Below, piece after piece: positions 57,551-64,000 of a DNA stretch of 64,000 bases. The notes beneath the pieces were generated by a model that was not told the origin of the DNA, did not search any database, and saw only the letters and a list, made by a program, of their open reading frames with translations. Position 1 is the stretch's first letter, and each line of letters opens with the position of its first letter. Origin of the DNA: Planctomycetota bacterium (lineage in GTDB: Bacteria > Planctomycetota > SZUA-567 > H5-PLA8); assembly GCA_038227875.1 (NCBI GenBank), contig JBBRPR010000007.1:128001-192000 (forward strand), in the 5' to 3' direction. Made by a program: the position numbers and the translations under genes.

Positions 57551-59188
57551 ATGACAACCCCACACGCCGCTCCCAACTCCAGTGTCAAAGCGTTCCGCGC
57601 CATCGCTGACGGATACGTCGAGGAAAGCTTCGAACGCTTTCCGACCTACGGCTCGTCCGTCGGCCGCAGCGAATTCAATGGTTTGCTTGAGAAGCCCGAC
57701 CTAAGACTCTACGCAGCGCATCAGAGTCTCGTCCGCGAAACGCTCGCGGCGGTTCAGAATCTTCCCGAGTTCGATTTCACCCACGACGACTGGCTCGACC
57801 GCCGCGCGCTGATCAGTGAACTGCGCACGGAACTCTGGTCGATGGAACGCGAGACCCACCGGCGCAACCCGGAGATGTGGGCCTCCGGCGCGCTCAATTG
57901 CATCTACAACCTGATGGTGAAAAAAGCCGACGCGATGGGCGAAGTCGCCATCGACGTGCTGTCGCGCATGCAGAAACTGCCCGCGTATCTCGAACACGCC
58001 GCGTCGATGATCAAAGACCCGGTGCCGCTGTGGAAGAACATGGCGATCAAATCCTGCGAAGGTGCGCCGTCACTCTTCGACGCGCTGGCCGATCCGCTAA
58101 TCGCCACCGGCAAGGCGCCGGAACAGAAGATCCGCAAGCTCACTGCCGACGCCAAAGCCGCGTTCGCCGCGTTTGCGAAGAAAGTCGACAAGACACCCCC
58201 CGGGAAACCCGGCAGCTTTGCCGTCGGCACCGAACGCTTCGAAGGCCTGATCCGCGAGCGCCTCGGCTGGGACCTGACCGTCTCGGAAGCGCTCGCGCTG
58301 GGACAGACGCTGGCCGAACGCATCCAGGGCGAGATGGAACAGGAAGCGCGGAAGCTCGGTCGCGGCAAGTCGCCCCGGGAAATTCTCGACCGCGCCGCCG
58401 AAGAGTGGAAGCCCGAACGCGGCACGCTGATTGAAGAGTACCGTTTTCAGACGCTTCGCGTGCGCGACGCGTTCAAGCGCGCGGGACTCGTCAGCTTTCC
58501 GAAGGACGAAAAACTGGCGGTGAAGCCCGTGCCGGATTTCCTGCGCCATCACTTCCCGACTGCCGCGTACTCCTCGCCGGGCTGCTACGAAAAAGACCAG
58601 ACCGGAATCTTCTGGGTCAACGATCTCAGCCTGATCCGCGAGACCGAAAAGGAAAAGCGCGCCGAAATTCAGCAGCACTTCGGTCTCGGGGCGACCTGCG
58701 CCCACGAAGCGTATCCGGGACATCATCTTCAGTTCTGCACCGCCAACCGCCATCCGAGCAAACTGCGCCGCCTCTTCGCGCACGCGATTTTCTACGAAGG
58801 CTGGACGTTGTGGTGCGAAAAGATGACCGTCGACTTCAAGATCGCCAAAGAACCGACCGCGCGCTTGAATCAACTCCACGACGCACTCTGGCGCGCGCAC
58901 CGCATCATCATCGACTGCGGGTTGCAGACCGGGCGCATGAGCTACGACGACGCCGTCAAGCACCTCGTCAAAAACGTCGGATTCACAAAAGGACGAGCGG
59001 AAGGCGACGTCAACTGGTACACTAGCAGTCCCACCGTCCCGATGAGCTACCTGCTGGGCCGCACCGAACTGCTGCGTCTGCATCAGAAAAAAGTCGGAGA
59101 GCAGGGATGGTCGGTGAAGCGCTTCAACGATTGGATTCTGTCGTTCGGAACCCTGCCGTGGCGCTGGATGGAGTTAAGCGGACTGTGA
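57551..59188 (+). CDS. DUF885 family putative zinc peptidase, no signal peptide
   Basis: HEAYPGHHLQ, EGWTLWCE, LWRA.RI..D.GL, SYLLG. Confidence 0.92.
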   Translation: MTTPHAAPNSSVKAFRAIADGYVEESFERFPTYGSSVGRSEFNGLLEKPDLRLYAAHQSLVRETLAAVQNLPEFDFTHDDWLDRRALISELRTELWSMERETHRRNPEMWASGALNCIYNLMVKKADAMGEVAIDVLSRMQKLPAYLEHAASMIKDPVPLWKNMAIKSCEGAPSLFDALADPLIATGKAPEQKIRKLTADAKAAFAAFAKKVDKTPPGKPGSFAVGTERFEGLIRERLGWDLTVSEALALGQTLAERIQGEMEQEARKLGRGKSPREILDRAAEEWKPERGTLIEEYRFQTLRVRDAFKRAGLVSFPKDEKLAVKPVPDFLRHHFPTAAYSSPGCYEKDQTGIFWVNDLSLIRETEKEKRAEIQQHFGLGATCAHEAYPGHHLQFCTANRHPSKLRRLFAHAIFYEGWTLWCEKMTVDFKIAKEPTARLNQLHDALWRAHRIIIDCGLQTGRMSYDDAVKHLVKNVGFTKGRAEGDVNWYTSSPTVPMSYLLGRTELLRLHQKKVGEQGWSVKRFNDWILSFGTLPWRWMELSGL

Positions 59189-59409
59189 GTCGCAATCCGC
59201 CGAGTGAAGGTTTGAGAGCCGTCAATCTGCTGCACGAAATTCGTTGGACCCACCGAAATCCGGGCGGTCTCGCCGCCGTAGCTTGCTGTATCTCGTGCTA
59301 CTAAGGTTCGTTGATCTCCATCTTTAAGCATCGAATTTCCAATCTTTGCGCGATTGGCCTGCCAATCGCGCATTGGCAATGATAGCGGTACTGAGGAGGA
59401 GCTGTGTTG

Positions 59410-60024
59410 ATGAGGATTGTCGTTTTATTTCATCTAATATGCATTCTGGCTGCGTCGGCGTTTGGCGCAGAACCTTTTCATTGCGACGGTAACGGCTGCG
59501 GCGAATATGTGGAGACGGTCCCCGAATTCTCACTCAAAGATGCGGCAGGTGTAAATCATACCAGCGCCTCGCTGTACAAAGACAGCGGCATGTTGTTGAT
59601 GATTACCGTTCCCAATCTCACTCAATACGAACGCCAGAAGCGCTGGGAAAAACTGCTCAAGAACGAAAGCTGGCCTGAAATCCACGCACCCCGCTGCGTG
59701 GTGCTGGAAGACTTGAGCCAGCAGGACAGCTACAAGGATAAAGCGCGCCACTTGATGCAGGAAAAGTCGCGCGAAGAAAGCCGCGAGACCTTCCTGATCG
59801 ACGAAACCGGAATCGTGCGCCGCAAGTTCGGTGTCCAGCAGAATGAAACCGTGATCCTGCTCGTCGACGCACACGGCAATGTGGTCCACCACGAATTCGA
59901 TGACGAGGAAACCGAAACGGAAGCCGCGCGCCGCATCTCCCGCATCGTTCATCAGCTCTCGCATGCCATGTCCGCCACGGTCGCCGCGGCAATCAAGTCC
60001 ACCACGGAACCCCGCGGCAAATAA
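59410..60024 (+). CDS. Secreted thioredoxin-fold protein without a catalytic CxxC
   Basis: GAGGAG RBS, signal peptide, PEFSLKD, FLIDETGIVRRKFG, ILLVDAHGNV. Confidence 0.75.
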   Translation: MRIVVLFHLICILAASAFGAEPFHCDGNGCGEYVETVPEFSLKDAAGVNHTSASLYKDSGMLLMITVPNLTQYERQKRWEKLLKNESWPEIHAPRCVVLEDLSQQDSYKDKARHLMQEKSREESRETFLIDETGIVRRKFGVQQNETVILLVDAHGNVVHHEFDDEETETEAARRISRIVHQLSHAMSATVAAAIKSTTEPRGK

Positions 60025-60106
60025 CGCGTTTTTGCTCGCTCGCACAACTTGCTCCGCATGATATTCTCAAGTGCTCATCCCATTTAACAGGGAGGGCTCC
60101 GGCCTC

Positions 60107-62470
60107 ATGCAAGACGTGCGCTTCGACGACCAACGCCTGATCACCGACGACGATTTTCTCGACCACCTGCGGCTTCCCGGAGCCGCAGGGAAACAACTGG
60201 CCTCCGCGCGGAGCGCACACGACACCGCGGCGCTTCACGACGTCGTGGCGACCCATTTTCGCACCCGCAGCGCCCCGCGCTGGCCGTTTTACATGCACGG
60301 CTCGGCGTGGCTTGAAATTAACGGCCGCGGCAAAGCTCTGGAGAAAGCCGACGACGTCCTGCGCGGCCGCTTCCGCAGTTCGTGGCCGCCATTCCAGATT
60401 GCCGACCTCAACGCCAGCGGCGGCGGTATCGACTGGAGCAAAGGCACGGAGCTCGGCGCGTCCTTCAGTCGCGTCACGTTTGTCCCCGAACTCACCACGG
60501 CCTTCGCGCTCACGGGAAAGGTTGAATACCTCGTACGCGCACGCGATCTGATCAAGTCGTACGTCGCCGCCACGCCGTTCGTACTCGAAGAAGGCTTCCA
60601 TGAAGACCACGACCGCTACTTCGGTGGCGGGCCGAACAATTCCGGCGATGTCTTCAGCCGCTCGCTGCGCTGGCTGGACATGATGCACAGCGGCGCGTTC
60701 CAGGTTCCCGGAGTCTGGAACGATGCGGACCTGTTCTGGCTGATCAAACAGTTCTGGTTCAACTGCATGCAGTACGCCCGCTTCATCGGCGACGAGATGC
60801 GCCGCGACAATCATCATCTTACCGACCACGGTTTGGCGCAGTTCGTACTCGGTGCCGCGTTTCCGGAATTCTCCGTCTCCGACGCGCTGATCAAGCAGGG
60901 CCGCGAGACCTATCAGTTCCATTTCAAAAACAACGTCTACCGCGACGGTTGCTACGCCGAGCACTGCACCAAGTACCAGTACCACGTGATCTACTCGTAC
61001 CTCTGCGCGCACAACCTCGCCAGCGCCAACGCGATTCCGCTGTTCACTCCGCAGCAGGTGGAACGCCTTACCAAATGGGTCGAATTCAGTGCCCGCGCCT
61101 GCAAACCCGACGGCTACATCGCGGAGTTCGGTGACGAATTCGGCGGACAGCTCGGCCACCTTTTCTGCACGCTCGCCGCGGGAGTCCTGAACACGCCGCT
61201 GGCCGCGATGTCCCGCGCGCTGGGCTATGAACCCGGTGAACTCAGTTCCGAGACGCCTGCCGACCTGACGCGGAAATTCAAAAACTGGCAGCCCGGCACC
61301 GCGTTGCGCATCGGACTCTCGCCGTGGTACACCGACGACTATTCCAAGAAAACAATTTCGATGCGCGATCTGCCCAAGCCCGCGAGCATCCAGTATCCGC
61401 ACGGCGGATTCTCGTTCTTCCGCACCAAGTGGACGCCCGACGCCGATTTCCTCGCTGTCGCGCACTACACCGAATCGCTCCCGCACTCTCACACGCACTG
61501 GGACATGCTCTCGTTCGTGCTCCACACCCAGGGCCAGACGCTGATCGGCGACCCCGCCACGTGGCTCTACACTTCCGACCGGCTCTACGGCCCTCAGAAC
61601 GCCGAGAACCGCGGCTACATGTACGCCGCCGATTCGCACAACGTCCTGGTGATGAACGACGACACACTGAAGCCGCTGAAAGCCCTCGGCCACGGCTGCT
61701 GCTGGGGCGGCTATCCGCCGAAGCACGGTCTGGGACTTTTCGAAGCCGGCGGCCCGATCGAAGTGCTGGAAGCCTGGCACGATGCGTACGCTCCGACGCG
61801 CCACCGCAGATTCACGATCCACATCGTCGGGATCGGCTTTGTTTTCGTCGATCTGCTCGCGCGCACCGGACTGGATCTGCGCCCGCATCAGTATTCGCAG
61901 CGATACCATTTTGAAGGCGATGTCGAAATCACGCCGGAAACACCTGGCCCCGCCGCCCCCCTCAGCGCGTCGAAAAATGGCGCGCGGTGCGTGATCGTCC
62001 CCGGCCGCGAAGCGCAGAATTCCTGGAAGACATGGCACGACGAACGCCTCGCCGGCGTCTACGGCATCCCCGAGACGAAAGTGAAGGGCGGCCCATGGGT
62101 CGCCGAACTAACGCGGCGCATTCAAGGCCCTGCCGTGTTCACTAATTTTATCTTCACACAACCCTGCGCCGGAAGCTTCACACCCCACGCAATTTACCTG
62201 GGTTCGAAAAGCGCCAAGAGCGAATATCAGCAGCACGAAGCCTTCTCCGCTCATGAAGTGGGCCTCGGCGAACACGGCACGCTTTTCGTCGCAAGCTGTC
62301 CCTACGGCAAAAACCTCGACAGCCCGGAACTCGCCACCGATGGGGAATTGGCCGTGGTACATCTCGACGTCCGCGGCGTCGTGAAATCCTGGGTGCTGGC
62401 CCGTGGCTCAAAACTCTTCGTTCGCGGCAAAAAGCTCACCACTGGCCGCAAACGCGATTGGCAAAGTTAG
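60107..62470 (+). CDS. Heparinase II/III-like polysaccharide lyase, no signal peptide
   Basis: DNH, DGCYAE..KYQ, KPDG...FGD, HSHTHWDMLSF, LIGDP, SHNVL; GGGAGG RBS. Confidence 0.85.
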   Translation: MQDVRFDDQRLITDDDFLDHLRLPGAAGKQLASARSAHDTAALHDVVATHFRTRSAPRWPFYMHGSAWLEINGRGKALEKADDVLRGRFRSSWPPFQIADLNASGGGIDWSKGTELGASFSRVTFVPELTTAFALTGKVEYLVRARDLIKSYVAATPFVLEEGFHEDHDRYFGGGPNNSGDVFSRSLRWLDMMHSGAFQVPGVWNDADLFWLIKQFWFNCMQYARFIGDEMRRDNHHLTDHGLAQFVLGAAFPEFSVSDALIKQGRETYQFHFKNNVYRDGCYAEHCTKYQYHVIYSYLCAHNLASANAIPLFTPQQVERLTKWVEFSARACKPDGYIAEFGDEFGGQLGHLFCTLAAGVLNTPLAAMSRALGYEPGELSSETPADLTRKFKNWQPGTALRIGLSPWYTDDYSKKTISMRDLPKPASIQYPHGGFSFFRTKWTPDADFLAVAHYTESLPHSHTHWDMLSFVLHTQGQTLIGDPATWLYTSDRLYGPQNAENRGYMYAADSHNVLVMNDDTLKPLKALGHGCCWGGYPPKHGLGLFEAGGPIEVLEAWHDAYAPTRHRRFTIHIVGIGFVFVDLLARTGLDLRPHQYSQRYHFEGDVEITPETPGPAAPLSASKNGARCVIVPGREAQNSWKTWHDERLAGVYGIPETKVKGGPWVAELTRRIQGPAVFTNFIFTQPCAGSFTPHAIYLGSKSAKSEYQQHEAFSAHEVGLGEHGTLFVASCPYGKNLDSPELATDGELAVVHLDVRGVVKSWVLARGSKLFVRGKKLTTGRKRDWQS

Positions 62471-62597
62471 CGCGCTATGTACCTCTTCGAGAAGTCTTCG
62501 AATCGGTGTAGCAGATTGCACCGTCCGCCCTGGTGCGTTTTGACGGCCTGAAATTTGCCTGTTAGTCTCATGTTTCATTTTTACGTGGGAGTACGGT

Positions 62598-64000
62598 ATG
62601 GAAATCGCGCACTGCGACAGCTGTGGTTGCAAGATCAGCGACGATCGCTCCAAGCTCACGCGCTCTGCCGACGGCCGGATTTATTGCGCCAAATGCGCTC
62701 CACTGCAAAGTAACAAGCTTGCACCCTCTTCCTCACTAAACCGCCTGGGTGCCGACGAACCCACCGGCGAATACGCGCCCATTTCCGCTCCGGCACCTGC
62801 TCAGAGCGTGACGAAATTCTACTTCTGCGAAACCTGCGGCAAGAGAATCACCGACGCGCAGATCCTGGAAGGTTTGGGGCGCGATAAAAAGCTCAAGGGC
62901 GTCTTCTGCGCCACCTGCGCCGTCGGCGTTCAGACCATGGAATTCGAAGCGATCTCGGAAGCAGAGGTGCGCAAGCCTATTCGCAAATCCAGTGGCCAGG
63001 TCTTGCCAAGCAAACACGACGAGCCGCTCGATCACGGTTCTCCGATCAAGAAATCCAGAGCGGGCATTACGCCTGCCCGGCGTCTGGAATCGCATGTCCC
63101 TCAGGTTTCAGCGCATCCGCGACCGGCACGGCAGAAAGGAAATAGGCCGCTCATTGCCGCGCTTGCCGTGATGCTTATCCTGGCCATCCCGTCTGCGCTG
63201 CTTTTGATTTCACACCGCACTGACGCCAAAGACATCCGGACCGCGATAGCTCCAACCAGTCAAAACACGCACACTGCGGTTGGGCCGATCAAAGAGGCAG
63301 TCGTGCCGCCGCCAACCCCTACGGTCGAATCCAAAATTCCAACCACTCCAGTCTCGAGCACCGATCCCAATCCCAACCCCGAATCACTGCCAAAAGAAGG
63401 CATCGAGAAAAGAGAGCCCCTTGACAAAGGCGAATCGCGGGCGCCGGTGGAACCAGCCAGCAGCGTGACGCCCGCGCAGACCATCATCGAGATTCCGCCA
63501 AGCCCGGCTGTAACGGATCAACCCAAGGCGGTCGCAGATGCGCCGTCACCAGCAAATCTCGTGAAGCCCGCCGCACCGGCTTCCGTCTCACGCGTCGCGT
63601 ACACCGAATACCTCTCGAAACTCATGAGCGACGCCAGTGAATTCAAAAGTGTCGACGCAGCCAGCCTTCTCGCGCGCTCAGAACGGGATGCGGCAATGGA
63701 GCCGTTCAAAGCGCAGCTCGCAGAGGATCATCGCGCACTGACGTGGTTGCAGGAGATCGAGAACGCCGTCGAAGCGGGCGCAAAAAAGCTGGTGGATGCC
63801 GACGACTTTTCGATGGCCATGGGGACGACCACGTTTCGCGTGGGACGGCGCGGCGCATACAAAGTGAATGCGGTGAAAGACGGCACAATTGAATTAACCA
63901 GTTCCGGCGTGGTGTTGCCCGTCAAGGTGGACCGCCTCGCCGCTGAAACGCGGTTCCGTCTGGCCGCTATGGGCTTGGAACCCGGCGAGCGGCAGGCGCG
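62598..64000 (+). CDS. Single-TM protein with two N-terminal Cys4 zinc-finger modules and a Pro-rich linker (runs off the window; absent from the ORF track)
   Basis: Frame open from ATG 62598 to the end: CDSC-x20-CAKC and CETC-x23-CATC, TM LIAALAVMLILAIPSALLLI; GGGAG RBS. Confidence 0.85.
   Translation, partial: MEIAHCDSCGCKISDDRSKLTRSADGRIYCAKCAPLQSNKLAPSSSLNRLGADEPTGEYAPISAPAPAQSVTKFYFCETCGKRITDAQILEGLGRDKKLKGVFCATCAVGVQTMEFEAISEAEVRKPIRKSSGQVLPSKHDEPLDHGSPIKKSRAGITPARRLESHVPQVSAHPRPARQKGNRPLIAALAVMLILAIPSALLLISHRTDAKDIRTAIAPTSQNTHTAVGPIKEAVVPPPTPTVESKIPTTPVSSTDPNPNPESLPKEGIEKREPLDKGESRAPVEPASSVTPAQTIIEIPPSPAVTDQPKAVADAPSPANLVKPAAPASVSRVAYTEYLSKLMSDASEFKSVDAASLLARSERDAAMEPFKAQLAEDHRALTWLQEIENAVEAGAKKLVDADDFSMAMGTTTFRVGRRGAYKVNAVKDGTIELTSSGVVLPVKVDRLAAETRFRLAAMGLEPGERQA

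Noticed and set aside
59348..59373. Sigma54 promoter within the palindrome TGCGCGATTGGC-CT-GCCAATCGCGCA
   Set aside because: GG-N10-GC spacing is present but the match to TGGCAC/TTGC is weak; I cannot distinguish it from a plain palindrome.

Overview
A GC-rich chromosomal window from a diderm bacterium, most likely Planctomycetota. This placement is inferred from gene content (lpxA, the layout of the oxidase/Rieske/multiheme locus, many secreted hypotheticals), not from a marker gene. Contents in order: ribBA; a tiny lipoprotein; two AraC/enzyme pairs (GH4, PhyH); htrA; an ECF sigma/FecR-like module; a liv ABC operon; DUF502/HEAT/PrkA; several secreted proteins; a complete A2-type cytochrome c oxidase operon with assembly factors, divergent from a Rieske + octaheme cytochrome c pair that has no adjacent cytochrome b; then housekeeping genes (nadE, plsC, pyrE, lpxA, ypdA, gatB), DUF885, a heparinase II/III-like gene and a truncated zinc-finger membrane protein. 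I saw no rRNA, tRNA, CRISPR array or transposase. The best candidates for new biology are: (1) RibBA fused to a short basic helical module, with an operator-like GCAAG array over its own promoter and no FMN riboswitch; (2) an unannotated 44-aa lipoprotein carrying CxxCH; (3) a Tat-exported homolog of the ADO/PCO thiol dioxygenases; (4) an ECF/FecR signalling unit with free STN-like domains and no TonB-dependent receptor; (5) the Rieske-octaheme pair lacking cytochrome b, with a cupredoxin-like lipoprotein heading the oxidase operon; (6) a MITE inside the liv operon and a family of heptad-periodic inverted repeats. All calls come from reading motifs by eye; no searches were run.
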